A stretch of DNA of 64,000 nucleotides from the NCBI RefSeq assembly GCF_009914755.1, contig NC_060926.1; one strand, 5' to 3'. The first letter of the stretch is position 1. The number at the start of each line of letters is the position of its first letter. This document shows, piece after piece, positions 45,256 to 59,700 of the stretch. A model generated the notes under the pieces. The model did not search any database. It was not told the origin of the DNA and saw only the letters and a list, made by a program, of their open reading frames with translations. This stretch comes from the human T2T-CHM13v2.0 reference genome, Homo sapiens. The position numbers and the translations under genes are program-made.

Positions 45256-48200
45256 TATAGGTTTCTTAGATTTTTCTCATCAGTTTGTGACTGCTACATT
45301 ATGATTCTCTACCTACTAACTTTCATATTCTTGGCAGCTATTTTTCCAACTCTAATATTTTAATAATGACTTTACAATAACTTCTGCAATGTAATTCAAA
45401 ATAAGTTTGTACAGTCAAATATTTTATTTTTTTCCATTTCAAAACTTTCAGCTTAACACTAAAGACATAATTTTCTAATTTTTTTTTGATTTTTATTGTT
45501 TCATATTTTATACTTAACTCTCTAATTCATACGGAATTCATTTTATAAGGCTTAGTATGTTTTACCTTCTGAAGAAGTCCTCTAGTTTTTTCACTTTTTC
45601 TTTCTGATTTCCATGTGTGCCTTTTTGCTCTGTGTTTTGAGATATTTCTTCTACTTAATCTCTCAGGATATTTATTCAGATCTCATCAGCAATATACTTG
45701 CTTTCAAGTTCTATATTGAACTTTGAAACTCAATAGCTATGTTTCCTAGTTAGATTTTTTTCTTCCTAGTTAGGTATTTTTTTTAACCAATGTTGTCATT
45801 GAAAAATTTTCAATGCCACTTCAAGTTCGGTTTTTGGTAGATAAAGTCATTAGTCTCCATATGCAATTCTGCTTTACAAGGAGCTGAATACTCTGAGTGT
45901 TCTGCTTGCTCTCTTCTTCTAGATGCCGATTTCTAAGGGGCTCTTCCCTGCTCCCAACCCCCATCCCCTTATCTTATTGTTCTCTTAACTTTTTGGTGCC
46001 AGCTAAACTTCTGTCTGGCTGTGCAATGAAAATTCCCCACGTGGTGGAAGACATCGTGGTTCACATCTGCAAGCTTGTGGTATTCTGCTGGTGAATGCTG
46101 GTCTCCTTTAGGGCAGTGAATGGAAGCCTCTTCATTCCTAGTGTTCTATGTAGCGAAAGTTTGAACTTTTAATCTCAGTGGTAGGGAGAACTTAGTTTAC
46201 CAGCTCTTGGCTTCTGTTTGTCATGGACAATGACCAGCTTGCCATAAAAGACTTTTTTTCCCTAGAGTACAAGATCTCGTATACCTGCAGAAGTGATAAG
46301 CCTGCTGGGCCCAGCAGCTACTCAGCTCCAGAGAAGTAGTTGATAATGTGATTAGAGTTGGGGAAAGACCACAACAAAAATGCATGCTGTGTGTCTTCAG
46401 CTTTTCTCCCCACCTCAGTTCTAATTCACGTAATATAATTCTCATGTAGTTTTAGATGTATAGTCAGTATTAATTACTGAGGTGTCCAAAGTTCTAAAAC
46501 AGATGTTTAAGATAAGCATAAAAACTGATGAAGACATGTAATTTGCCAGCCATTGAATGTGGAAAACTAAAATGCCAAGTGTATGGTCTATTGAACTGGA
46601 GAAGGAAGCCTAGATTTGGTAATTAGAACTAAAAAACATAGCCTTCTTTCACAAATGTAAATTATGATATCAACTGAAAGAATGTTTGGTGTGTGTTTTT
46701 TTTGTTTGGTTCTTATTGGTTTTAATTTATTGATTAGTTTTAGTCATTGGGAAGAGCTTTTAGTGAGTATGCTTAAAGAGAAGAAACAGTGAAACCACAT
46801 GTAAGGTAATTTTTCCAAGAAGTTTAAGGAAAATCCAATAGAACGTGAACAAATCTATTAAAGATGACAATGAATAATAAAGCAAATTTAACTGCATAAA
46901 GCAAAATTTAACTGAAGGTGAACTTCACTGAAAATAATTTTTACTTATCCTCTCAACTGGCAATTCATCTGAATTGGAATTTTTCAGCAACAACCGAATT
47001 TTATCTTCTATTTTATTTATATTTGATTCATATTAATCTACTTGTTTGAATTCTGCTAACAAGTATAGGATGATGCCGAACTAATGATACTCAATATTTG
47101 TATGTAGGTTTATGATTATCAATGCAATTAAGTGTAAAAAGATCATAATTAATAAATGTAACAAATTTTATGGCATGTTTTCCACTTGAAACACTTTTGA
47201 AACAACCCAGGAATATCATGAATCAAAAAAATCCAGGTCGTCAAAGTCAATCTGCGTTTTGGGCGTATTTACTTACCCAATTCGTAATACTCTAGGGTAG
47301 AAAATTATGTGGGGCTGGGTGATGTCTCTGTCTGTGGAAAAAATTGGGACTTGAGACTCAACAAACAAACAAAAAACAAAACAAAACAGAGATGCTGCTA
47401 TTATAAATAGTCCTCCTTTTGCAGAACTACACAAAAGCATAGCCACCTGAGCTCTCTTTTGATTACTATTTGTATAGAATATCTTTTTTCATCCTGTTAC
47501 TTTCAACCTATTGGTGTCTTTGTATTTAAAGTGAATCTCTTAGAAAATAACTGGAACATGCTTTTAAAAAATTCATTATGCCAACCTCTGCCTTTTAATT
47601 GGTTAGTTTAATCCATTTACATTTAAAGTAATTATATGAAAGGATTTGCTTCTGCCATTTTGCTGTTTTCTACATGTCTTGTATCTTTTTTCTTCTTCAA
47701 TTCCTACATTACTGCTTTCTTTTCTGTTTAGTGGGTTTTTTCTAGTATAGTGTTTGATTCCCTCCTCACTTCCTTTTCTGTATTTCTTTTCGTTATGGTC
47801 TTAGCAGTTACCCTTGGGATTACAGTTAACATTTTAAATGTATAACAATCTGTTTGAATTGATACCAACTTAGCTTCAATAGTATACAAAAACTCTGTTT
47901 CTATACAGTCATTTCCCCCATCCTTTTATGTTACTGTTGTCATCACAAAGTATATCTTTATGTATTATGTGTTCATTAATATAGATTTATAATAATTGTT
48001 TTATATATTTTTCTTTTAAGTCATATATGAAAAAAGGAGGTATTAGAAACCAAAAATGTAATAATACTGGCTTTTATATTTACTTACACAGTTAGATTTA
48101 CTGGCATTTTTACAGTTGTATTTACTGGTATTTTTACTGCTTTGAGTTTTTGTCTAATGTTCTTTAATTTCAGCCTGAGGGACCTCCTTTAGCGTTTCTT

Positions 48201-49096
48201 ATAGTGAATATATACTAGTGAACAGCTCTTTCAGTTTCTGTCTACCTGAGAATATCTTAATTTCTTCTTCAGTTTTGAAGAATTGTTTTGCTAGACAGAG
48301 AATTCTTGGTTGATAGACTTTTTTTTTCATCCCTTTGCCCTCTGACCTCCATGGTTTTTGATGAGAAATTAACTGTTAATCTTAATAAAGATTCCTTGTA
48401 CATGATGCATTACATCTCTCTTGCTGCTTTGAAGATTCTTTGTCTTTAAATAGTTCGATTAGAATGTGTTTCAAGGCATAGATCTCTTTGAGTTTCTTTT
48501 ATTTCGAGTTAGTGGAGCTTTTTGGATGTTAAGATTCATGTTTTTCATCAAACTAGAGATATTTTCAACCATTATTTCCTTAAATATTCTTTCTGCCTCT
48601 TTATTTCCTTCTCTTTCTCAGGCTTCTATATTGGATATATCAATATGCCTTATGGTAACCCACTGCAATTTAGAATCTGATAAATTTTTCTTCATTCCTT
48701 TTTCTTTCTGTTTCTAAGACTGTATAATTTCAATGGACATATCTTTAATTTCATACCTTCAATTTCAGCAGGATGAAATTCTTTATCCTGCTTAAATCTG
48801 TATTGAACTCCTCTAGTGAATTTTCATTTTTGTGATTTTACTTTTCAGCTCTAAAATTTCTATTTGGATTCTTTCTATGATCTCGATCATCAATTTACTG
48901 ATACTCTGTATTTGTTGAGGCTTCTTTCACCTGATTTCCTTTAGCCATTTGTTTTTGAGTTCCTTTAGCTTTCTGAGCATATTTAATGTGGTTGATTTAA
49001 AATGTTTGTCTAGTATTTCTACTAATGGCTGGACTCTCTTGGGTATAATTTCTGTCATTTTTTCCCTATAAATATGCCATACTTTCATGTTTCTTT

Positions 49097-49400
49097 CTTT
49101 TTTTTTTTTTTTTTTTTTTGGTGGAGTCTCACTCTGTCACCCAGGCTAGAGCTCAGTGGCACAATGTCGGCTCACTCACTGCAACCTCCGCCTCCCGGGT
49201 TCAAGTGATTCTTCTGCCTCGGCCTCCTGAGTAGCTGGGACTACAGGCATGCACCACCACTCCTGGCTAATTTTTTATATTTTTAGTAGAGACAGGGTTT
49301 CACCATGTTGGCCAGGATGGTCTCAAACTCCTGACCTCGTGATCCACCCTCCTCAGCCTCCCGAAGTGCTGGGATTACAGGCGTGAGCCATTGCACCCAG
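49097..49400 (-). mobile_element. AluSc/Sg-like SINE (3' member of fused pair)
   Basis: Long T tail; ggccaggatggtctc; cctgacctcgtgatcc. Confidence 0.95.
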
Positions 49401-49672
49401 TGTCACTCTGTTGCCCAGGCTGGAGTGCAGTGGTGCGATCTCAGCTCACTGCAACCTTCTGCCTCCCGGGTTCAAGTGATTCTCCTGCCTCAGCCGCCTG
49501 AGTAGCTGAGATTACAGGCGCGTACGACCACACCAAGCTAGTTTTTGTATTTTTAGTAGAGATGGGGTTTCACCATGTTGGTCAGGCTGGTCTCGAACTC
49601 CTGACCTCGTGACCCTCCTGCCTCGGCCTCCCAAAGTGCTGGGATTACAGGTGTGAGCCACTGCGCCCGGCC
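49401..49672 (-). mobile_element. AluSg-like SINE lacking its tail (5' member of fused pair)
   Basis: Runs tgtcactctgttgcccaggc...gcgcccggcc directly abutting the previous Alu. Confidence 0.95.
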
Positions 49673-50175
49673 CTCCTGTTTCTTTTCATGTCTCATATTT
49701 TTTGTTGAAAACTGAACATTTCGATTATTATATTATGATAACTCTGGAAACCAAATATGTCACCTTCCCCAAACTTTGCTGTTGCCACTTTTTGTGGTTG
49801 CAGTTGTCTATATGTTTGTGACTTTTCCAAATTATTCTTATAGACTGTAATTTTTGTCATGCATGGCCACTGAAGTCTCTGTTGAATTCTACCAGCAGTC
49901 AGCCAGTGGCCTGACAGATTTTCTTAAAAATGCCAAAATTTAGCAGACTATTTTCTTATTAAACATTCCCCTGTTGGTGTTAAGCCATTGATTAGTTTCC
50001 AGAGTTCCAAAACAGTTGATTTTGCCAGCTTAATGGTTGCTTCAGCAGAGAGACCAGATCTATGAAGCTCCCTGCTCTGCCATTTTGTTGATGTCACTCC
50101 TTGTCAATAGTTATTTTTATTCACTTTGTGGGAAAATAAATTAGGTGCAGGGATTTTTTTTTTTTTTTTTACTCG

Positions 50176-50211
50176 TATCTATCTATCTGTGTATCTATCT
50201 ACCTACCTACC
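50176..50211. repeat. (TATC)n/(TACC)n tetranucleotide repeat in Alu tail
   Basis: tatctatctatctgtgtatctatctacctacctacc. Confidence 0.85.
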
Positions 50212-50213
50212 AG

Positions 50214-50521
<308 letters not shown>

Positions 50522-51222
50522 TACTTCTATATTTTTTTGTTTCTTCCTGTATAAGTCTTCAGAAACTTTGTCTCTTATGATTTCCATAAACATAGGCTCA
50601 GAACCAACATTTAGATGATAAATAAATACTTTGAATTCTGTAAAGTTATTGTTCTTTCTAAAGACTCTATATTTAAGTGTATTAGAAATGAGGTAGCAGA
50701 AACTGACTCAAGGTTAAAAGTGTTTTGTCTTCCATTAACAAAGACATAATTTGGAATCATATATGGGAAAAGATCTTAGGATCAATTTTTTTCTGCTTAT
50801 TGTTTTGAAAAATTTATAGTCTTATAGTTTTAGGCTAGTTTTATTGAACTCTTCATTTACCTATCAAATTGGTTTATTTACAATAATTGAGCTAAGTAAT
50901 ATAAATTTTGTTGTTGATGTTTCAATAGTCTTAATAATTATGTAGTTAAATATTTTCTATACACTGTAGTTCTATAATTTATGAAACTAAAGAAATTGAC
51001 TAACATGATTGTCAAAATTAAAGGAAGAGCTTTGCAAAATGTCTCATGGAAATTGTGAGGTTTATGATATAATAGTTCTTTTTCTAAAAATGTTCAAATA
51101 TAATACATAATATGCACATTTCTTAGTGTATAAAAACTGATGACAAACTTATTTTTAAACAAAAATCTATCAAATTATTTTATAATATTTAAAATTAAAA
51201 TAAGGAACACTTTTTATATATA

Positions 51223-51860
51223 TTTTTCCCAGCTTTATTGAAGTATATACGTGACAAATAAAAATTGTATATATTTAAGGTATACAATGTAATGTTTTGA
51301 TATATGTGTACATTGTGAACTTATTACCCCAAGCTAATTATTACCCCAAGATAATTAACATATATACATAACCTCACAAAGTCATGATTTTTTGTGTATG
51401 TTGAGAGCACTTAAGATTAATCTTCTTAGGAAATTTTAAGTATATGGCACAGTATTAGTAACTTTAGTCACCATGTTATATATTAGATCTCCAGCAGTTA
51501 TTCATCCCACATAACTGAACCCTCAGACACTTTGACCATCATCTCCCTATATTCACCCCTAACCTCAGCCCCTGGCAATCACTATTCCATTCTCTGCTTT
51601 TGGGAGTGGCTGCTTTAGATTTCACATGTAAGTGAGATCATGCAGTATTTCTCTGTGTCTGGCTTATTTTGCATAGCTTAATGTCTTCCGCATTCATCTA
51701 CATTGTTGCAAATGGTGGGATTTCCTTCTTTTTAAAGGCTGAATAATATTCTGTTGTATATCTGTATCCATTTATCCACCAATGAACACATAGGTTGTTC
51801 TTATACCTTGGTTATTGTAAATAATGCTGCAGTGAATATGGTATTATGGATATCTCTTGA
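51223..51860 (-). mobile_element. L1MA (MA8/9-like) 3' end
   Basis: cagctttattgaagtata, aattgtatatatttaaggtatacaatg, tagatctccag, gtaagtgagatcatgcagtattt; 17-bp internal duplication ttattaccccaag(c/a)taa. Confidence 0.88.
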
Positions 51861-52557
51861 AAACATGTAATATTTATAAAAAGTGAGTTTAAATCAGTAA
51901 AAGAAAATAAAGAAATCTTTTTATTTATTGTCTACCATAAAATCCCTTAGGGGAAGTTAATTTAATTTCAAATAGTTGAATTTATTTTATTTTTATACAC
52001 ATCAATGATGTTATAGTTAAATATGGAAATATGGTAATGATGAATAAACTGGCATGAAATACTCTGCCTGTGCTTCTGAATAGTATGTCTTTAATGTGGC
52101 TACTCTTAACAGTTAAGGAAACTTTGACAGTTAAGTAATCCCTTCACCACTTAAGTACAACAGGGTTTTATTATTAAGTACACTGCCTGGAAATGGTGTG
52201 CTTTTTTCATTCACACTATAAACAGTTTTGTTAGATTGGTAATCCTGCTTGTCAGATTTGTTCACTGTTTGATATTAATCAGTAGGTTTATAAAAGGTGC
52301 AGCACTGGACAGAAATGAACAGAAAATACATTATAAATAAGGTTTCCATAAATCACAGAGGGCCATGCATCTCCAACTCTGAGGTGTACAGAATATTTTG
52401 ACATTCTGTGGGTGGTTTGATAGCTTGCTACTAGCCCAAAAGTTTAACAGCAGAAGCTACTGTCCATTTCATTACATGTACATAGAATTGGCTCTCCCAG
52501 TGTAAATTTGTTAAAAGTTCATGGAACTTTTTTTTTTTGGTATTTTAATACTTAATT

Positions 52558-53416
52558 TTCTTTAAAGACTTCATTTTTTTTTAAAGAGCAGTTTTGGGTT
52601 CAGAGCAATCTCCCCACACATATGCATGGCCTCCTCAATTGTCGACACCCCCCACCAGAGTGGTACATTTGTTCAATTTTATGAATGTGCACTGACACAT
52701 TATCACCCAAAGTCCATAATTTACATTAGGGTTCATTCTTGGTGTTGCACATTCTATGGGTTTAAGCAAATGTATAATGACACGTATCCACCATTATAGT
52801 ATCACACCCAGTATTTTCACCGCCCTAAAAATCCTCTGTGCTCTGCCTATTCATCTCTTCCCTCTTCCCAACCCCTGGCAACCACTGATCTCTTTATTGT
52901 CTCCTCAGCTTTATCTTTTTTGAGTGTCATATAATTGGAATCATACAGTATGTAGCCTTTTCAGACTGGCTTTCTTCACTTAGTAATGTGCATCTAAGTT
53001 TCCATCATGTCTTTTTCTGGCTTGATAGTTTACTTGTTTTTAGCACTGAATAATATTCCATTGTCTGGATGTACCGGTCTTTTTTATCCATTCACCTACT
53101 GAAGGACATCTTGGTTGCCTCCAAGTTTTGGCAATTATGAATAAAGCTGCTATAAACATCTATGTGTAGCTTTTTGTGTGGACATAAGTTTTCAACTCCT
53201 TTGCATAAACACCAAGGAGTACGATTGCTGGATTGTATGGCAAAAGTATGTTTAGTTTTGTACAAAATTGCCAAATTGTCTTCCAAAGTGACTAGCATTT
53301 TGCATTCCCACCAGCATGAATATGCGTTCCTGTTGTTGCACATCCTCTCAGCATTCGTTGTTGTCAGTGTTCTGAATTATGGGCACTCTAATAGGTGTAT
53401 AGTGGTATCTTACTGT
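52558..53416 (-). mobile_element. L1MC1/2-like 3' end
   Basis: ccccaccagagtggtacatttgtt...tatcacccaaagtccata...ttacattagggttca; possible TSD taat(a/g)cttaa. Confidence 0.88.
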
Positions 53417-55884
53417 TAATGCTTAAATTGTAAGTCTTGCATTCTTCTAGAATATGCACAAAAAATGCTGTGATTACACCATGAATTATAGAATTCAAAG
53501 TCATGAGCAATTGTGTTGCATGTGTCTTCATCTTCTTTACAGATGCTCCTATATTTTGGAAAACATTCATGTATTACTTTACTTAAATACTCCATTATGT
53601 AATCAGCAGTTTATCCACCCAAATATGAATTGTTTCTCTAACTTGGAAATGTTGGAATTGATTTGGAAGTGGGTTTTAAATTATTTTAGAAACTCCAGGG
53701 TTTACAATATGTATCCAAGGATCTGTTACATAAGTCATTAAAGTAACAACTAGGTTAGCATAAGATGTTGTAAAGTGACTCGTGATCATCAGGTGTAATT
53801 CCTGGATGAACATATAGGTATCTTTGTTAGTTTTGTGAATAGTTGTTCATCTTCAAAATGTATGATTACAGAAATGAATATGTAGGTATTGTCCAAAAGT
53901 GATTCAGCCTAAAATGTGTTACCCTAACAGTGTTCAATGGGCTGTTTCCAAGTCTTTCCGCTTTCAGTTTTAAGGTGATAGTAAATTTTAAACATTTTCC
54001 ATGCTAAGTCAGTGTTTCCAAATTGTACACGAGTATTTTTCTCTCCTATTCACTCCCTCACTGTTTCCTTCTTTGGCCCCTACGTCTTGATATTTTCCTT
54101 TCTTGATTATTTTCCTCCCTGATGAGGCTTTGCTGTGCATTGGCCACATCTCAGAAATTGCCAGAGGGTTGTGGGAAACCCAGAGAGACAAGGAGAACAA
54201 GATAAGAAATAATTCTGTCCTTTTATAACAGGAGAAGAAAGTAGTTAGTCCTGAATCTACAGCAGGACTGAATTCCTTCAAATCTATTGTTTAATGTTCA
54301 TTATAATCCTTACGTTACTAGCATATAGGTAGGAATGAAACGTAGCCTTTCAGGACTTCCATATTCCAACCATTTCATTACCTACTGACAGACAACTGAA
54401 GACATTTTTTAAATAAACCTGTTTTCATTGTATTTTCCTGGCTTTTCTTTTTATGAGTGTGTAATTACTCATAAAAATGCAGCCAAGCAACAGGTATTTC
54501 AGTCTGTTCAGAAAAGGCAGTTGCACAAAGATGTGAACTCAGAGTCCATGGGTGGAGAGGCCTGCATTGCAGGGTGCACTGGGCCATGACAGCAGTTTAC
54601 ATCCTCACATTCATTGTGGAGCCATCACATATATGATGAACTGTGGGCCGGAGCACCTCTCTTCTAGTCATGGTTGCACCATTACTTACCTACAGGACTC
54701 CACAAGTTTCTAAAACCTCTGAGCTTCAATTTCTTTATTATTAAAAAATGGTTGCTCTCCATCGTTTCTCAAGTCCCTTTCTTCTTTAATAGCTATGATG
54801 ATACTGAATGCGGTATGTCTTCATGATAGATGCCAATAAAAGGAAAAGTTAAACTGAAATGAGGAGAGGAGGAGGGAAGCAACTATTCTTTTATCGAAAA
54901 AACATACCACATATTATGCATAATGATAGAAAGGGGAATAAAGAAAATAATAGGGCAATTACTTTTCTTAGTGAACAAATGTTTGCAGTTTTTAAGTTTA
55001 TTCCTGAGTAAAATAAAGAAGTAAAATTCCAGGACTTCTTTTTTAGGCTTTATGCATGACATGAAACTCTTTAGAAATTTGATGATTTAGTTTGCCTTTC
55101 CTTGGGGATTTTTTTTTTTAAGATCAAGACTGTTATTGATATTAATCCATTACTGGACATTTTTATTCAAAGGTTTAAAAAGTATACTGAAGCATTATCT
55201 GGGGTAGACTTGTTTTTAGGAGAAAACATAAACACGGAGAAACCATAATCCTGGTGTAATGTAGGAAACTAATTGAGACTAATGAGGCAACATTAAATTT
55301 AATGTATGATGCATTTTATATGTCTCACCATTAGAGCTGCAGCAAGCTGTTCGTCAGAGTCATCTTTGGTGACTATCTGCCTACAGGCATTCCTTTGCAC
55401 TCTGGGTGTAGCCCTCAGTGCTGGGCTTACAAAGAAGACGACACAAAAGCAACCATGAAAAGTAAGTAGAGTTGCAGTCATTTACTGGCGAACTCAGCTG
55501 GCCAATAAACCCAAACATGTTTATGCGGCAGAAAAGTTTCTCTTAGATTACAAAGCCTGGCTTTTGAATTTAGGGACACCAAGGCTGATAGTCAGTGACC
55601 AAAGAAATTAGTCCCATCGAGAAGAGAAACAGGACAGAGCAAGTAGCAGAGAGATGAACAGGAGATGATGGCTTTACTGGATTACTAAAAAGATTTAGGG
55701 CCATTATGATGAGGAGGAATTAGGGAAGACCTGAAGAAATAAAACTCATACTGGAATTTGTAACAGAGTTTAGCTGATGTGGGTATAGGCACAAGAAAAG
55801 AGGAACTGGTCACTAGGAATCAGGAATTAAGAAGGTTACACATGACATGATAAACCTCTGCAATGATATCTACCACAACAAATT

Positions 55885-56110
55885 ACAACAGTTAATGTTT
55901 ATTGTGGGTTTTGTGTGTGCTAGTCAGTGATTTAGGGACTCAATGCTTACTATATCACTTAGTCCTTAAAATAACCCCATGAGGTAATTGAGATTATTAT
56001 CCCCATTTCACGTGAAAGAAACGGAAGCACAGAAAGATAAACTAAGCAGTTGCACAGTTAGCCAGCAGTACAGTAGAATTAGAACACAGAAATCTGAATT
56101 GCAGCTAGCA
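55885..56110 (-). mobile_element. MIR SINE
   Basis: ataaccccatgaggta...attattatccccatttcac...gaaacggaagcacaga. Confidence 0.8.
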
Positions 56111-56245
56111 CCCCTAAGACTAGAGAGATGGGCTTATATTTTCTCAGGAGTCTGAGAGGCTGTGAATCCACATGGACTAAAATCAGACCTATACCCTATG
56201 TTGCAAAAATGACAACTCCTTTGCTTATTTTAAATTTTAAAATTA

Positions 56246-56350
56246 ATGATGGGTTGATAGGTGCAGCAAACCACCATGGCACACGTTTACCTATATAACA
56301 AGCCTGCACGTCATGCACATGTATCCCGGAACGTAAAATAAAATAAAAAT
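56246..56350 (+). mobile_element. Short L1PA (older primate) 3' terminus
   Basis: gatgggttgataggtgcagcaaaccaccatggcacacgtttacctat...aaaataaaataaaaa. Confidence 0.92.
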
Positions 56351-56670
56351 TTAAATCAAATGTCTATTGTGATTTGGTGCTTTAAATAGAAACCTGAAGT
56401 CCTCTGAGCTTGGGTCATGCTGCCCCAAAACTTTTATAAATGGCTTCTAAAATTACAACCTTTCTAGATGTGGAATGTTCCTGCTTTAAAGAGTGATGGT
56501 TCATCCTTGCTAATTATTTCTGTTTGTTGACATACATGCTTTGTGCAAAGTTTCTGAAAGTTTGAATTCACAGTCTCCTGGATCTTGCTGCTCCCAGGAG
56601 ACAGTGATTCAGATTTGATGGTTCAGGGAGAGGACAAGCCATGTATGTCCATAGAAGGCCACCGCCAAAA

Positions 56671-56731
56671 CTCACTCATTCACGAACTAAATAATTCACT
56701 CACGAACTAAATAACTCACTCACTAACTAAC
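56671..56731. repeat. 20-bp-period minisatellite (~3 copies)
   Basis: cacgaactaaataattcact / cacgaactaaataactcact / cactaactaa. Confidence 0.85.
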
Positions 56732-59700
56732 TGGAGTTCAGCATTGCGGGAATTATAGGGTTGGCACCCAAAGGAGGAAGAGAAAACACTTCTTGTTGCT
56801 TTCAATCATTCCTTGTCTATATGCTTTATTTTTCTCTTGCCTTAGTCTAGTCACAAAAACTACAACTTTGAATTAGTAAGGAGCAGAGCTGTGAGTTAAA
56901 CCTATGCAGTGTGGCTTACGGTACCCACATTCTTAACTACTCACTCTAGAGCCTGTGAACCTGAGAGAGTTACTTTCTTTTGGTAAACTTCAAAAAAATT
57001 CCATCTCAATTGCTTTGGCAACTATTAACCTGAAACTTTCTTACATGCAAGGCAAGTTGAAAAATGTGGTTAGCTTTAAGGTAAAGGGATCTTTTCAGGA
57101 CAAAACTACACATTGATGGAGTTCTAGGTCACAGTTTTCAATGATATGCATATATACAGATAAGATCCAACCCTTAAGTGGCTGTGAATTATGGATTAGC
57201 TCAAGCATGTGCAATTCTATTTAAGATCTATAACAAAAGATCTTTTCTTTATGACTTATGTAGCTGGAGGCATTTGCACACTGTAGTGAGACAGTGTGGA
57301 ATCAGTTGGTCCAAATCAGTTGGTCAATTCACTTTGAGCATGCTAATGCAGAACTAGAAAGATGCACCACTTTGCTTAAAAAACCCCAATGTCTAAAGCA
57401 TCTCTTGACAATTAGGGGTGGGTTACCTGCCTGCCCTTTCAAAGCAGTGCTTACGTAAGTGACTGTCCAGTGATTTTACAAAGGTTTCTTAGATGACATC
57501 TATCTCCCTCCTTTCTTGGATTGATAATTTCATTAAAAGCCATTCTACTATTGTCATTTTGCTATCTCCACTTTAATGTGGTCTGTGGTGTTCATTAGAT
57601 CCAGCATGTTAATGGCATCAGCTGGGTTTAGGTTTGATTGCAGCTGAACCTCACCCTTGCTAATCACTTAGCTAACATATGCCAATATCATGGTACCTAA
57701 TGACTCCTTCAGCAGAGACTCCTTTATATTCCTGTATCTGCGCCTCTAAAAGACCAGAGTAACATGGATTATCCGTGTGAACTGCAGGATGGGGAGAGTA
57801 CCGATGGCTTTCTCTCTTTTGGATAACAACATGTGTACTGGGTTCAGAATCTTTTAGCTTGGTTGGCCTTTTTCAGGGATCCTTTTAAATCTCTTCCTTT
57901 TCCTTAATGAGGTTGTCACATGCGGCAAAAATCACAGGCTTGCAAGTCCAAAAGAGGAGAGACTTTTTCATTTTGCTGCTTAATTTGTGAATCCATTTCT
58001 AGGCCTTAAAGTGGAATATCTCAGAGTAATCTTCGTTTGCTTTCTGCAATCTCATTGTTCCCTGGGGACACAGAGTGAGTCCAAGAGCCAGTGGGAAAAC
58101 ATTGCAGATCTACTGAGAACAGTACACTGCTCTTTCGAATCGTTGGTATTCTGAGATAATTTTGAGTTTTATATCTTGTTTTTGGTTTCCTTTGATATCT
58201 GAGACCTGAATAAAAGGCACTGTTCGATCTCTTTCTTTCTCCCTTTTCCCCAAATGTCATTACAGAGGGAAAGATGAGGGCCTAATATTGAGGGCCTGCT
58301 GGCTTGGGGAGTGTGGGGGAACAGCAGAGTGTGATGGCAGAGAGTAATTCTGCTTCAGGGAGGATACTGCCCAATTTTTTAAACTTAATAGGATTAGTCA
58401 TGGGAACTATTTTTAGCAGAAGTTCAACTTTATCCATGTATTTTAATGTGGGAAAATTGTGTCCTTTTCCCTCTGCTAATGTTTGATGTATTCCAGCCCT
58501 CCTGTGAGCATGTTTGAGTATCTTAGGGGATCTGGAGTGGAGGAGAACTTCCTCTCGGATTCTCTCTGTTTTCTTTCGTGAAAATGACATTCCAAAGCTG
58601 TTTCACTTTCTGACAGGAAATGGAGCCTTGCCAAAAATGATTAAAGTCCAAGAAAGCATAACAGTTCCAAAGCTACAGCAGTTCTTTAGGAGTCCTGAGT
58701 TTGACATTGTGTCAAACAAATGTGAAATATTGTTTAATAAATTTGAATAATACAGAGATAGGAAAAAATCATTCTTGGCTTATAGCAGTAGTGGTTTGTA
58801 TTAAGTATGGAAAAGACTACCTACATCTAATAAGTTGAAATACATACGTAAATATACTTGTATAAGGTTAACTCAGCTTATGACTTTATTCCACTGTATA
58901 CTAGATATATGTGTGAGACAAAAGTCTTATTTGAAATACATGTAAGTTTAAAAATATGTGTGTTTCTCAAATGTTGAAGGTAAACAACCTCTGGTTATGT
59001 GATCTAACCCATTCATAATAGATTACTATTTTTAAATATTTCACAATGAATTCAATAAATTCATCAGTAAAGTCACTTAGACCCAAATAGTTTTATTTAA
59101 AAGGGTGAAACAATAATTGAAAACTTTAGTCAATACTGAAATCATAAGCTTAAAAGGCTTTTTATATGAAAAGAGTCTCAATTATTTCACTGACAAACCC
59201 AGTTGTTTTTATTTTTCCACCAGAGAATTATGCATTTATGTAGATAATTATGTACCCTTCAGCAAAATAAAACTGGACAAGAAAAAAATCTCTCTCCAAT
59301 CAATAAAATATAGCACTTCTCTGAAAAAAAATCTTTGCGTGAAACACTTTTAAAATTTTGTTTTTAAAACACCTTTAAAAATTATTTAAACAAACCAATT
59401 TCATCACTCATTTCTCTCACTTTTTTGGTCTATATTTGGAATATATGTTTTTAGTACAAGAAGTTCAATCTTTTTTGTATTCACTGACATTTGATGAATA
59501 CCACAATTCATGACCACTTTTTAGACAAGTTAAATTGATTAGAGAAGTCATTCATTGTCACTGAGTACCATTTGTCACTTCATAAACAGCTACAATCTGC
59601 TGCCTACAAATGCAGAGAGACCGCCAAATAAATCACATCAAACGGTGGGAGTAGATACTATCCCTTCATCTGTAATTGGTACAGCCCTCTCCTGTCACAT

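Larger units (their letters stand above)
47440..50100 (-). mobile_element. Old L1M 5' portion (5'UTR, ORF1, ORF2 start), interrupted by Alus
   Basis: ccttttaattgg...ttaatccatttacatttaa (ORF2 start), ORF1 motifs, terminal ctgccattttgttgatgtcactcc. Confidence 0.75.

Noticed and set aside
46877-46914. 19-bp tandem duplication ataaagcaaa(a)tttaactg (similar ones at ~45742 and ~57301)
   Set aside because: Ordinary slippage micro-duplications with no further structure
56671-56731. CRISPR-like repeat array
   Set aside because: Contiguous 20-bp tandem units with no unique spacers in a primate genome; a simple minisatellite
58282-58750. Cluster of short ORFs with an upstream pyrimidine tract and AG
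   Set aside because: No recognisable protein similarity and no convincing donor site
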